The notes beneath the pieces are model-generated. The model searched no databases. It had not been told where the DNA came from and was given only the letters and a program-made list of their open reading frames with translations. Source: an uncultured Polaromonas sp. (lineage in GTDB: Bacteria > Pseudomonadota > Gammaproteobacteria > Burkholderiales > Burkholderiaceae_C). Taken from it: 64,000 nt of DNA. Positions 1-9,843 of the stretch are shown piece after piece (within the stretch, counting starts at the first letter, position 1; each line of letters begins with the position of its first letter). The translations under genes and the position numbers were made by a program. The DNA is taken from the NCBI GenBank assembly GCA_964501235.1, contig CAZCSD010000003.1, positions 4,153-68,152 on the forward strand, in the 5' to 3' direction.

Positions 1-2
1 TG

Positions 3-452
3 GCGCGCGCCAATCCGGTCTGGAAGCAGTGTGTCGACGGCGCGGATGTCTTGGTCATCTTTCGGGGCAGTGAGAGCTACATCTCGCCCAACTGGTATCC
101 CAGCAAACACGAGCTGCACCGGCAGGTTCCGACTTGGAACTACGAAGTCGTGCACGTGCATGGCCGTCTGCGGGTGCAAGACGAAGAAAGGTTCGTGCGG
201 GGCGTGGTGGCTCGCTTGACGCGCACCCATGAGGCCGCCGAGCCCCAGCCCTGGAAGATGAGCGATTCAGCCCCCGACTACATCGATGGCATGCTCAAGG
301 CCATTGTGGGAATTGAAGTGGCCATTACGCGATGGGAGGGCAAGTCCAAGCTCAGCCAAAATCGGGAAGACAGGGACCGGCTCAACGCCGCCGACACGCT
401 GGCCAGGCAAGGCAACGCGGAGCTGGCTCAGTCCATGCGCCAGGCCAAGTAA
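3..452 (+). CDS. FMN-binding negative transcriptional regulator, PaiB family (5'-truncated by window edge)
   Basis: Frame open from position 3 (ARANPVWK...); motifs YISPNWY, VPTWNYEVVHVHG and KLSQNR are typical of PaiB/Pai2. Confidence 0.88.
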   Translation, partial: ARANPVWKQCVDGADVLVIFRGSESYISPNWYPSKHELHRQVPTWNYEVVHVHGRLRVQDEERFVRGVVARLTRTHEAAEPQPWKMSDSAPDYIDGMLKAIVGIEVAITRWEGKSKLSQNREDRDRLNAADTLARQGNAELAQSMRQAK

Positions 453-485
453 GTTTTTATTTGAAGTTTTATCAGAACGGAGCGC

Positions 486-2405
486 GTGATGGCAACCACC
501 CTCACCTCCTGGCGGCTTGTTGTTGGCGGGGCTCTGGCGGCGGTGGTGCTGCTGCTGGCGGGCTGCGCAGCGCAGCCGACGTCGCTGGCTTACAGCGCGC
601 CCTTGCAACCCGAGGGCTCATCGGGTTACACCGCCAAGCCGGGCTGGCGCTACTCGAAGCAGGCGGTCGCCGCTGCCAATCCTCTGGCCACCGATGCCGG
701 CTTGCAGGTGCTGCGGGCGGGGGGCTCGGCGGTCGACGCTGCCATCGCGGTGCAGATGGTGCTCACGCTGGTCGAGCCGCAGTCCAGTGGCATCGGTGGC
801 GGAGCGTTTTTGCTCTACCACGACGGTCGCAAGGTCGAGGCCTGGGACGGCCGCGAAACCGCGCCTGCATCGGCGCATGAAGGTATGTTTTTATCGGGCG
901 AGGGCAAGCCGCTGCCCTTCATGGACGCGGTGATGCGACCGCAGGCGGTGGGTGTACCTGGCGCGGTGCGCATGCTCGAGCAGGCGCACAAGCAGCACGG
1001 CCGCCTGCCGTGGGCGCTGTTGTTCGAGCCTGCGATTGTGCTCAGTGAGCAGGGCTTTCGAGTCAGCGCCCGGTTGCATGCCCAACTCATGGCCGAGCAG
1101 GCCCTCAAGCGCGACCCGGTCGCTGCCTCCTACTTCTACAACCCGGCCGGTGAGCCCTGGCCGGTCGGACATGTGCTGAAGAATCCCGAATTGGCGGCCG
1201 TGCTGCGACAGATTGCAGCCAGGGGCTCGCAGGCCCTGCACGAGGGGCCTGTGGCCCAGGCCATTGTTGATGCGCTGCGGCCGGCCCCCGGCGCCGCACC
1301 AGCGATGACGCTGAAGGACTTGGCCGGCTATCGTTCGGTCAAGCGCGACCCGATGTGCCACGCCTACGCGGCGCCTGCGACGGGCGGCGTGCCGCCGGCC
1401 GGGGCAGATCGTGCATTGCGTGTGTGCGGCTTTCCGCCGCCGAGCTCGGGGGCCGTGGCAGTCGGTCAGATCCTGGGCATCCTCTCGCACACCCCGGCGC
1501 ACACCGTGCCCTTGGGCCAGGCCAGGGGCGGCGTGCCTGGTACCCGTGCTGCAGCGCCTGCGGCCGACTGGCTGCACTTTTACACCGAGGCGGCGCGGCT
1601 GGCTTTTGCTGACCGGGCCCAGTACCTGGCCGACCCGGACTTCGTGCCGGCCCCGGCCGGTGGATGGCAGGCTCTGCTCCATCCCGCGTATCTGCGCTCT
1701 CGGGCGGGGCTGATCGGCGCCAACAGCATGAAGACGGCCCAGCCGGGCGACCCCGCCGCTGCGCGCGCTGCACGGGCTTCAGAGCCTCATGCCTTGCGCT
1801 TTGCATCCATGCCCGATCAGCCCGAATACGGCACGAGCCATATCAGCATCATCGACCGCTACGGCCACGCCCTGGCCATGACCACCACCATCGAGGCGGC
1901 TTTTGGTGCCCGTCGCATGGTCAGCACCGATCCATCGCGTCCCGGCGGTTTTTTGCTCAACAACCAGCTCACCGACTTTAGCTTTGTGCCCTCAGATGCG
2001 CAGGGCCGGCCGGTGGCCAATCGGGTGCAGGCCGGAAAGCGCCCGCGCTCGTCGATGTCGCCCACCTTGGTGTTCGACGCGAGCAGCGGTGAGCTGCTGA
2101 TGAGTCTGGGCAGTCCGGGCGGGGCGCAAATTATTCACTTCACCGCCAAGGCGCTCTACGGCATGTTGCACTGGGGCTTGAGCCCACAGCAGGCGATCGA
2201 CTTACCCAATTTCAGCTCGCTCAATGGTCCGTCTCTGCTGGAGGCCGGGCGCTTTGATCCCGCCACAGTCGAGGCGCTGCGCGCCCGCGGAGCCGAGGTG
2301 CGCGAGCTTGAACTCACCAGCGGCTTGCAGGCCTTGCGTCGCTCACCGGGCGGTCTGGAGGGCGGGGCCGACCCGCGCCGCGAGGGTGTGGTGCTCGGCG
2401 ATTAA
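486..2405 (+). CDS. ggt: Gamma-glutamyltransferase, probable lipoprotein
   Basis: Lipobox-like LLLAGC; GGSAVDAAIA, EPQSSGIGGG, DGRETAP, catalytic-Thr segment GTSHISIID, LNNQLTDF, KRPRSSMSP, GSPGG, GADPRREG. Confidence 0.93.
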   Translation: MMATTLTSWRLVVGGALAAVVLLLAGCAAQPTSLAYSAPLQPEGSSGYTAKPGWRYSKQAVAAANPLATDAGLQVLRAGGSAVDAAIAVQMVLTLVEPQSSGIGGGAFLLYHDGRKVEAWDGRETAPASAHEGMFLSGEGKPLPFMDAVMRPQAVGVPGAVRMLEQAHKQHGRLPWALLFEPAIVLSEQGFRVSARLHAQLMAEQALKRDPVAASYFYNPAGEPWPVGHVLKNPELAAVLRQIAARGSQALHEGPVAQAIVDALRPAPGAAPAMTLKDLAGYRSVKRDPMCHAYAAPATGGVPPAGADRALRVCGFPPPSSGAVAVGQILGILSHTPAHTVPLGQARGGVPGTRAAAPAADWLHFYTEAARLAFADRAQYLADPDFVPAPAGGWQALLHPAYLRSRAGLIGANSMKTAQPGDPAAARAARASEPHALRFASMPDQPEYGTSHISIIDRYGHALAMTTTIEAAFGARRMVSTDPSRPGGFLLNNQLTDFSFVPSDAQGRPVANRVQAGKRPRSSMSPTLVFDASSGELLMSLGSPGGAQIIHFTAKALYGMLHWGLSPQQAIDLPNFSSLNGPSLLEAGRFDPATVEALRARGAEVRELELTSGLQALRRSPGGLEGGADPRREGVVLGD

Positions 2406-2507
2406 GGCGGCGCGGCGCTTGCCGCGTAGAGGGTTTTCCCGGTTGCTGCCATGGATCAGCGATGGAACGATAAATTGCTGACACTCACTCATATCAAGGA
2501 GACCCCG

Positions 2508-3512
2508 ATGAAACAAAATCCTGCTCAAGATCGTCGTGCTGTCCTCGGTGGCTTGGCGGCCGCCGGTCTGGGCGCGCTGTTGCCCCTCGCTGCACGCGCG
2601 CAGGGTGCCTGGCCCAATCGCCCGGTGACCATGGTCTGCCCCTGGGGTGCCGGCGGCGGTACCGATGCCACGGCGCGTATCGTGGCGGCCATCCTTGAAA
2701 AGAATCTGGGCCAGCCCTTCAATGTGGTCAACCGCACCGGGGGTTCGGGGGTGGTCGGCCACTCGGCCATTGCGACGGCGCCGGCCGATGGGTACACCAT
2801 CGGCATGATCACGGTGGAAATCACCATGATGCATCACCAGGGGCTGACCGATCTGCGGCCCACCAGTTACACCCCGTTGGCGCTGATGAATGTCGATCCA
2901 CCGGGCGTGCAGGTCAACGCGGGCTCGCCCTACAAGACCATCAAGGCCCTGGCCGATGCGATCAAGGCTGCACCGGCCGGCCGCTTCAAGGCCTCGGGCA
3001 CGGGGCAGGGCGGCATCTGGCACTTGGGTCTGATCGGTTGGCTTCAGGCCATGGGCTTGTCGCCTAACCATGTGCAGTGGGTTCCTTCCAATGGCGCAGC
3101 GCCGGCCATGCAGGACCTGGCAGCTGGCGGCATCGACATCGTGACCTGCTCGGTGCCCGAGGCCAAGGCGATGATCGATGCCGGCAAGGCGGTCAGCCTG
3201 GCGGTGATGGCGCCGCAGCGCAACCCGGCCTTCAAGGATGTACCCACGCTCAACGAGACGCTGGGTATCAACTACTCGGTCGGTGCCTGGCGCGGTATTG
3301 CCGCTCCGCGCAATTTGCCCGATGCGATTGCCACCCGCCTCACGGCCGAGCTGAAAAAAGCCTACGACTCGGCCGAGTTCCAGGATTTCATGCGCAACCG
3401 CGGCTTTGGCACCACCTGGGCCGATCCGGCGGGCTTTACCAAATTCATGGCCGATGGCGATCGCGCCATGGGCGTGGCCATGACGGCCGCCGGCTTGGCC
3501 AAGAAGTCCTGA
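2508..3512 (+). CDS. Tripartite tricarboxylate transporter substrate-binding protein (Bug/TctC)
   Basis: AAGGAG RBS before ATG 2508; Tat-like RR leader; WPNRPVTMVCPWGAGGGTD, NRTGGSG, APADGYT. Confidence 0.92.
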   Translation: MKQNPAQDRRAVLGGLAAAGLGALLPLAARAQGAWPNRPVTMVCPWGAGGGTDATARIVAAILEKNLGQPFNVVNRTGGSGVVGHSAIATAPADGYTIGMITVEITMMHHQGLTDLRPTSYTPLALMNVDPPGVQVNAGSPYKTIKALADAIKAAPAGRFKASGTGQGGIWHLGLIGWLQAMGLSPNHVQWVPSNGAAPAMQDLAAGGIDIVTCSVPEAKAMIDAGKAVSLAVMAPQRNPAFKDVPTLNETLGINYSVGAWRGIAAPRNLPDAIATRLTAELKKAYDSAEFQDFMRNRGFGTTWADPAGFTKFMADGDRAMGVAMTAAGLAKKS

Positions 3513-3539
3513 TCGAGGCCGCTCGACAGCTCAAACCGG

Positions 3540-4013
3540 ATGCGCTTGCACGACACTTTGCTCGGCGCTTTGCTGGTGGCGCTGGCGGCGGCCTTTTTCG
3601 CTTACACCTTCACCTTCCCGGACATGCCGGGCCAGCGCTATGGCCCGGCCTTGTTCCCGCGGCTGATTGCGCTGGGCATCATCGCCTGCGGAATGGTGAT
3701 TGCGGTGCGCGGCTGGCGTTCGGGCCGGCCGCTACTGGCACTGAGCCCCCCCTTGCGACATCTGCAGGGCTGGCTGGCTTTGCTGGCCATGCCCTTGGCC
3801 ATTGTGTTTTACCTGTTGGCTGCGGAGCGTCTGGGCTTTTTACCCACGGCCACCATCGTGGTGGCGGGCTTGTGCGCCTGGCTCGGGGTTCGGCTTTGGG
3901 CAGCCCTGATCACGGGCATGCTGACCGCGCTGGTGGTGCAGTGGTTCTTTGGCTCCCTCATGCGTGTGCCCCTGCCCCGAGGCTGGTTCATGCAGCTGGT
4001 GGCAGGAGGCTGA
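3540..4013 (+). CDS. TTT small permease, TctB family
   Basis: About 4 TM segments, GPALFP motif, C-terminal VPLPRG; lies between Bug and TctA. Confidence 0.88.
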   Translation: MRLHDTLLGALLVALAAAFFAYTFTFPDMPGQRYGPALFPRLIALGIIACGMVIAVRGWRSGRPLLALSPPLRHLQGWLALLAMPLAIVFYLLAAERLGFLPTATIVVAGLCAWLGVRLWAALITGMLTALVVQWFFGSLMRVPLPRGWFMQLVAGG

Positions 4014-4103
4014 GGGTGCGCTCTGATTTCTGGCGGCTGAGGGTCCGGGGTTCATCGCTGCGAGAGGGCTCGTGATGCACCGTGACTTTTTTGAGGTCCT
4101 GCA

Positions 4104-5594
4104 GTGAGTACGATGGCCGCCGCTGCCGCGCTGGTCTTTGATCCCTATGTGATCATGGTGGTGATCGGCTCGGCGATCTTCGGCATCTTTGTGGGCGCGA
4201 TTCCGGGCTTGACGGCGACCATGGCCACCGCCTTGTTGGTGCCCATTACCTTCTTCATGCCGCCGGTGCCGGCTCTGGGCGCCATCGTCACGGCCAGCGC
4301 GATGGCCATTTTTGCGGGCGATATTCCGGGGGCCATGCTGCGCATGCCCGGAACGCCGGCTTCGGCCGCGTACACCGATGAGAGCTACGCCATGGCGCGC
4401 AAGGGTCAGCTCGAACTCAATCTTGGGGTCAATTTGGTGTTCTCGGTTGCCGGTGGATTGGTGGGCGTGATGTTCCTGATCCTTGCCGCGCCTTGGCTGG
4501 CTGAGGCGGCGCTCAATTTTTCGTCCTTTGAGTATTTCTGGCTGGCCTTTCTCGGTCTGAGCTGTGCCACCTTGATCACCGCCAGTGGCCGCACCCGGGC
4601 CATCTTGGCTTTGCTCATTGGCTTGGCGGTGGGTTGTGTGGGCATAGACCCGGTGGCAGGCCATCCACGCTTTACCTTCGGCAATGTGGATCTGATGTCG
4701 GGCATCAGTTTTATCCCCACCATGATCGGAGCCTTTGCTGTCAGCGAGCTCCTGCGCGGCTCCATATCGACCGAGGCCATGGGTGTGATGGTGCAAGAAA
4801 AAGTCGGGGCGCTGTTCAAGGGCATCGGCGAGGTGACGCGCCGTTACTGGCGTAATTTCCTGCGTGGCTCGGTGGTGGGGACGGCCATAGGGGCCTTGCC
4901 CGGTGCAGGTGCCGATATTGCGGCCTGGATTTCGTACGCTATGGCCAAGCGTTTTTCAAAGGAGCCCGAGAAGTTTGGTACCGGCCATGTCGAAGGGGTC
5001 GTGGAGTCGACTTCGTCCAACAACTCAGCCCTGGGTGGTGCCTGGATCCCGGCTTTGGTCTTTGGCATCCCGGGCGATTCAATTACTGCCATCGTGATTG
5101 GTGTGCTCTATATGAAGGGTATGAATCCGGGGCCCACCGTGTTTCTGCAAAACCCGCAGCTCATCTACGCAGTCTTCATGATCTTTATCGCCGCCAATCT
5201 GCTGATGCTGCCTCTGGGCTGGGCTGCGATCAAGGGAGCGGGGCGTCTTTTGCGTGCGCCCCGTCGCATTCTTCTGCCCATCATTTTGTTGTTCTGCATC
5301 GTGGGCTCCTTTGCCATCACCAACAGCCCCTACGGTGTTTTGGTGATGCTGGTCTTCGGTGTGATCGGTTGGCTCATGGAAGAAAACGGCATCCCGGTGG
5401 CGCCCCTGGTGCTGGGGATCGTTCTGGGTGAGTTACTCGAGCAGAGTTTTCTGACTTCCATGATGAAGGCCGATGGTGACCCGACCGCGTTTTTTACCCG
5501 CCCGATTGCCGGCACGCTGGGCGTGCTGACCCTCATGATCTGGGCGGTGATGGCCTGGCGGACCTTGCGCGGATCGTCCAAGGCGCAGTCCTGA
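4104..5594 (+). CDS. TTT large permease, TctA family
   Basis: GAIPGLTA, MPGTPASA, GALPGAGA, ESTSSNN, GIPGD, PGPTVF; highly hydrophobic 496 aa. Confidence 0.93.
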   Translation: MSTMAAAAALVFDPYVIMVVIGSAIFGIFVGAIPGLTATMATALLVPITFFMPPVPALGAIVTASAMAIFAGDIPGAMLRMPGTPASAAYTDESYAMARKGQLELNLGVNLVFSVAGGLVGVMFLILAAPWLAEAALNFSSFEYFWLAFLGLSCATLITASGRTRAILALLIGLAVGCVGIDPVAGHPRFTFGNVDLMSGISFIPTMIGAFAVSELLRGSISTEAMGVMVQEKVGALFKGIGEVTRRYWRNFLRGSVVGTAIGALPGAGADIAAWISYAMAKRFSKEPEKFGTGHVEGVVESTSSNNSALGGAWIPALVFGIPGDSITAIVIGVLYMKGMNPGPTVFLQNPQLIYAVFMIFIAANLLMLPLGWAAIKGAGRLLRAPRRILLPIILLFCIVGSFAITNSPYGVLVMLVFGVIGWLMEENGIPVAPLVLGIVLGELLEQSFLTSMMKADGDPTAFFTRPIAGTLGVLTLMIWAVMAWRTLRGSSKAQS

Positions 5595-5630
5595 GCAAGC
5601 TGCCGCGATCATGCCCGGCCAGGAGCCGTT

Positions 5631-6281
5631 ATGCACGTACCCCCAGCCCCTATGACCGAATTGCTCGGGCGCGTTGCGGTCATGCCCATCATCTGGATTC
5701 ACGACGCTGAGCGTGCCGTGCCTGTGGCGCGGGCCTTGGTTGAAGGCGGCGTGACGGTCTTTGAGGTCCTCATACGGACCCCCGCAGCCTTGGCAGCCAT
5801 TGCCGCTATCCGGCGGCAGGTTCCCGAGGCCACAGTAGGAGCCGGGACTTTGCTGCGCGCGGCCGATGTGCAAAGCGCGCTCGACGCGGGCGCCCAGTTT
5901 GGTGTTTCACCAGGCCTGTTGCCCGATCTGGCCCAAGCGGCGGTGGACAAGCAGTTGCCCTTGCTGCCCGGTGTGTGGACCGCCAGTGAGGTCATGCAGG
6001 CCCTGACCTGGGGCTTTGAGGCACTCAAGCTCTTTCCTGCCAATGGCCTCGACGGTGTCAAGCAAATCGAGCATCTGCAAGGCGTGTTCCCGCGTGCACG
6101 CTTTTGCCCGACCGGCGGCATCAAGCCCGAACACATTGCCAGCTACCTGGCCTTGCGGGCTTGCCCGACGGTCGGTGGCAGCTGGGTCACCCCCGGACCC
6201 CTGGTGGCCGCTGGCGACTACGAGGCCATCACCGCCCTGGCCCGGCGAGCGGCCGCTTTTGCCGCATCGCGACCGCAATGA
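5631..6281 (+). CDS. eda: KDPG/KHG aldolase family (Eda-like)
   Basis: FEVLIRTP, VGAGT, GAQFGVSPG, LPGV.TASE, Schiff-base KLFPA, FCPTGGI, VGGSW. Confidence 0.85.
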   Translation: MHVPPAPMTELLGRVAVMPIIWIHDAERAVPVARALVEGGVTVFEVLIRTPAALAAIAAIRRQVPEATVGAGTLLRAADVQSALDAGAQFGVSPGLLPDLAQAAVDKQLPLLPGVWTASEVMQALTWGFEALKLFPANGLDGVKQIEHLQGVFPRARFCPTGGIKPEHIASYLALRACPTVGGSWVTPGPLVAAGDYEAITALARRAAAFAASRPQ

Positions 6282-7222
6282 CAGTGGGTCCGCGCAGGCC
6301 ACGCGCGATCGCCGTGGGCGGCGTCTGTGTGACCCGTATTTATCAGGTTGACCAGATACTCACTGCGCCGGCCAAGATCCTGGCCCGGCGTCTGGTGGAG
6401 GTGGTCGACGGCATGGCCTTGTCGGCCCTGTGCGCTTTTGCGCGGCTGGGTGGACAGGGCGCGATTTGGGCACGCTGCGGCGAGGACGAGCAGGGTCGGG
6501 CCGCGCGTGCTTCGCTACAGGCCGAGGGGCTCGATGTTTCAGGCTTGCACACGGTGCCTGGGACCGCTTCCTCACGGGCCTGCGTGATCGTCGATGCCAC
6601 TGGAGAGCGGTTGGTGATTCCTTTCCATGATCCTGCGGTGGATCCATCGGCCGATTGGTTGCCGCTGCAGGATCTGCAGGGTGTTGACATGGTCTTGTGC
6701 GATGTGCGTTGGCCGCAAGGGGCTCAGGCCGCCATGCGCGCGGCGCGGCAGGCGGGCGTGCCATGCATGCTCGATGGTGAAATCGCCGCCCCGGGTGTGA
6801 TGGAAAAGCTGCTCCCTCTGGCCACGCATGCGGTGTTTTCGGATGCGGGCTTGTTGGACTTCACGGGTGCCGCTTCAGTCGAGGCCGCTCTGCTCGAAGT
6901 GGCTGCCGGTCATAGCGGGCATGTGGGCGCGACCTGCGGCGTGCACGGGTATGCCTGGGTTGAAGACGGCGTTGTGCGACGGATACCTGCCCCGTCGGTG
7001 AAGGTGGTCGACACTCTGGCCGCGGGCGATGTTTTTCACGGCACCTTTGCGTGGGCCCTGACCGAAGGCCACGACATTGCCAGCGCCGCACGCTTTGCCT
7101 GTCACGCTGCTTCGCTCAAATGCACGCGCTTTGGCGGGCGTCTGGGTTGTCCGACCCGGCAGGAGCTGGAGGCCTTCATGGCTGGGTCGTCCGAGCTTAC
7201 CCCAGCAGAGCCGCTGACTTGA
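6278..7222 (+). CDS. PfkB/ribokinase-family carbohydrate kinase, YihV (sulfofructose kinase)-like
   Basis: ATGA overlap with the eda stop; ARLGG, VIVDATGERL, DVRW, anion-hole DTLAAGDVFHG. Confidence 0.85.
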   Translation: MTVGPRRPRAIAVGGVCVTRIYQVDQILTAPAKILARRLVEVVDGMALSALCAFARLGGQGAIWARCGEDEQGRAARASLQAEGLDVSGLHTVPGTASSRACVIVDATGERLVIPFHDPAVDPSADWLPLQDLQGVDMVLCDVRWPQGAQAAMRAARQAGVPCMLDGEIAAPGVMEKLLPLATHAVFSDAGLLDFTGAASVEAALLEVAAGHSGHVGATCGVHGYAWVEDGVVRRIPAPSVKVVDTLAAGDVFHGTFAWALTEGHDIASAARFACHAASLKCTRFGGRLGCPTRQELEAFMAGSSELTPAEPLT

Positions 7223-8288
7223 CCTGACACCACAGGCGTGCGCCTTCCTTCAGCGAGAGTTCATGGAGGGCCCGATGAGTCACCCGGGCCAGTATGACGG
7301 ACCCCGCGCACTGGAGGCGAACCAGGGCTTGCGAGGGATGCGCGTCTGCGTGGATGCTCTCGATCACGCCAGCGATCCTGTTTTGCAGGGTATTCGGATC
7401 CTCATTCGAGAGGGACAGGCTCACATCGCGCGCCAAGATTCGGACACGGACGGTCTGATCGGACTTCAGTTCGGTCTTTGGCTCGCGCACCCACAGCTCG
7501 CCCCCCTCGAAGGCCAACTGCACCAAATGCCAGCGCTCATCGCGGCGTACCACCCGGCCTTCGATGACTGTGCCGGCCTGCTCTCCGACGGCCAGTGCGA
7601 CTTGGGGATGGGTCAGCGCCTCTTGGACCGAGGCACTGGCGCTGACCGCGCCCTGGTCCAAAGCCACGACATGGTCGGCCAGGTGTGCCAACTCGTCCAT
7701 GGAGTGGGTCACATACAGCGCCGGGATGCGCAGCTCCTGATGCAGGCGCTCCAGCCAGGGCAGGATTTCATCTTTACGGGCCGGATCGAGCGAGGCCAGG
7801 GGTTCGTCCAGCAGCAGCAGGCTCGGCTGCAGAGCCAGCGCGCGCGCAATAGCCACCCGCTGCCGCTCGCCGCCGGACAGGCTGGCCGGCCAACGATCTT
7901 GAAGGTGGCCAATCCCCAGCAAGTCCACGGCCTCGGACAGGGCCCGGGCCGAGCCCTCTTTGCGTGCGCGGCGCTGACCGTAGCGCAGGTTGTCGGCCAC
8001 GCTCAAGTGATCAAACAGGCTGGCCTCCTGAAACACATAACCCAGATCGCGCTGCCAGACCGGTGTGAAGAGGCGCTGCGCGCTGTCTTGCCAGACCGTC
8101 TGGCCCAGTTGCACGCGGCCCCGAGCCCGCTCCAGTCCGGCCAGACAGCGCAGCAGCGTTGTCTTGCCCGAGCCCGAGGGCCCAAAGACCCCTGTGATGC
8201 CCTGGCCCGGCAAGCGCAGGTCGACGCGCAGTCGAAAGCCGTCGCGGGGCAGATCCAGCGCCAAGTGCAGGTCGGGCACGGGGTTCAT
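7197..8288 (-). CDS. modC: Molybdate ABC transporter ATP-binding protein
   Basis: Walker [34 protein letters not shown]-terminal TOBE domain; follows modB. Confidence 0.94.
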   Translation of the reverse strand: MNPVPDLHLALDLPRDGFRLRVDLRLPGQGITGVFGPSGSGKTTLLRCLAGLERARGRVQLGQTVWQDSAQRLFTPVWQRDLGYVFQEASLFDHLSVADNLRYGQRRARKEGSARALSEAVDLLGIGHLQDRWPASLSGGERQRVAIARALALQPSLLLLDEPLASLDPARKDEILPWLERLHQELRIPALYVTHSMDELAHLADHVVALDQGAVSASASVQEALTHPQVALAVGEQAGTVIEGRVVRRDERWHLVQLAFEGGELWVREPKTELKSDQTVRVRILARDVSLSLSNEDPNTLQNRIAGVIESIHADAHPSQALVRLQCAGSVILARVTHRALHELSLKEGARLWCQVKSAALLG

Positions 8289-8977
8289 GTGCGCGATCGA
8301 AGGCGTTTGCCTTGCAGCCGCATCAAGGTCCACAAGGCCAGAAATGAGAACAGCACCATGCCCGCGGACAGAACATGGGCCTGCGCGTACTCCATGGCTT
8401 CAACATGGCCGTAGATTTGCGTCGATACCACCCGGGTTTGGCCCGGTATATTGCCGCCGACCATCAGGACCACGCCAAACTCGCCTACCGTGTGTGCAAA
8501 GCTCAGCACCGCCGCTGTCAGAAGACCGGGCCGCGCCAGCGGCAAGGCCACGGTGAAAAAAGCATCCAGAGGGCGGGCGCGCAAGGTGGCGGCCACTTCC
8601 AGCGGGCGCGGGCCCATGGCCTCGAAGGCCGACTGTATCGGCTGCACGGCAAAGGGCAGCGAGAACACCAGTGCACCCAGGAGCAGGCCGCTGAACGAGA
8701 ACGACAGCGGCCGCAGGCCCAGAGCCTGTGTCAGTTGCCCCACCCAACCCTCAGGGCCGAGCAGGATCAGCAGGTAAAAGCCCAGCACCGTGGGCGGCAG
8801 TACCAGGGGCAAAAGCACCAGGGCCCCCAGAGGCGCTCGCCAGCGGGAGCGGGTTTGCGAAAGCCACCAGGCCAGCGGCGTGGCCAGCAGCAGCAGGATC
8901 AGCGTGCTCAGCCCGGCCAGTTGCAGCGTCAGGGCGATGGCCGATCCCGCCCCGCTACCGAGAGCCGCAGGCATCAT
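8285..8977 (-). CDS. modB: Molybdate ABC transporter permease
   Basis: LPLVLPPTVLGFYLL, SFAHTVGEFGVVLMVGGNIPGQT. Confidence 0.95.
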   Translation of the reverse strand: MMPAALGSGAGSAIALTLQLAGLSTLILLLLATPLAWWLSQTRSRWRAPLGALVLLPLVLPPTVLGFYLLILLGPEGWVGQLTQALGLRPLSFSFSGLLLGALVFSLPFAVQPIQSAFEAMGPRPLEVAATLRARPLDAFFTVALPLARPGLLTAAVLSFAHTVGEFGVVLMVGGNIPGQTRVVSTQIYGHVEAMEYAQAHVLSAGMVLFSFLALWTLMRLQGKRLRSRT

Positions 8978-9759
8978 GGGCGGTAGCCATAGGAGGCGAT
9001 CAGCGCTTGCGCTGGTGCGCTGCGCAGATACTTGAGGAACTCAGCCGCGGCCGGTTGCCCGCTGCCGGCTCTCAGCAAGACGGCTTGCTGACGAATCGGC
9101 TGGTGCAAGGACTCGGGCACGATCCAGCCCGATCCTTCGCGCAGCCGGCCGTTCTCATAGACCTGCGACAAGGCGATGAATCCCAGTGCAGCATTGCCGG
9201 AGGCCACGAATTGATACGCCTGACCGATGTGGGTGGCTTGCACGATTTGACCCTTCAGGGGCCAACCCAGGGCCGCGATGACCTCGGCGCTGGCGCGTCC
9301 ATAGGGTGATAGCTTGGGATCGGCCAGGGCCAGCTTGCCAGGCAAGCGGTTTTTGAGGACATGCCCTTGATCGTCCACCCGTCCGGCTTGTTGACTCCAC
9401 AGCACCAGTCGCCCGGTGGCATAGGTCTGTCGGGTGCCTGCCAGGGCCCAACCCTCTGCTTGCAGCTTTTGGGGCGTTTCCTCATCGGCAGCGAGCAAGA
9501 CGGCAAAGGGAGCTCCATGACGGATCTGGGCATAAAACTGGCCGGTGGCCCCCAGGGACAGCGCCAGTGTGTGACCGGTCTCCCGCTCGAACTGTGCAGC
9601 CAGGGCTTTGGCCGGAGCTGCAAAATTGGCGGCCACGGCAACCAGCAGGCTCTGAGCGCGAGCCGGCGCAGCCAGCAGCGCGCCGATGGCCATCACCGAG
9701 GCGAGGCGGCGAGAGAGGGGCTGCCCATCTTGGAACTGAACAATTTTGAACGCCATCAC
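8974..9759 (-). CDS. modA: Molybdate ABC transporter substrate-binding protein (exact start uncertain)
   Basis: VAVAANF, GATGQFYAQI.HGAP, YATGRLVLWS, PYGRA, SGNAALGFIALSQ. Confidence 0.93.
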   Translation of the reverse strand: MMAFKIVQFQDGQPLSRRLASVMAIGALLAAPARAQSLLVAVAANFAAPAKALAAQFERETGHTLALSLGATGQFYAQIRHGAPFAVLLAADEETPQKLQAEGWALAGTRQTYATGRLVLWSQQAGRVDDQGHVLKNRLPGKLALADPKLSPYGRASAEVIAALGWPLKGQIVQATHIGQAYQFVASGNAALGFIALSQVYENGRLREGSGWIVPESLHQPIRQQAVLLRAGSGQPAAAEFLKYLRSAPAQALIASYGYRP

Positions 9760-9783
9760 CTTGTTGAATACAGCTTGTCGGGG

Positions 9784-9806
9784 CGCTATTCTAAAATGGA
9801 ATAGCG
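9784..9806. promoter_or_regulatory. Putative ModE operator
   Basis: Perfect inverted repeat CGCTATTC-N7-GAATAGCG between divergent modA and modE; resembles the ModE box (CG[C/T]TAT...ATA[A/G]CG). Confidence 0.75.
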
Positions 9807-9843
9807 AAACCGTCGCCCTCGTCCCTGAACGCCTCTGTCACCC

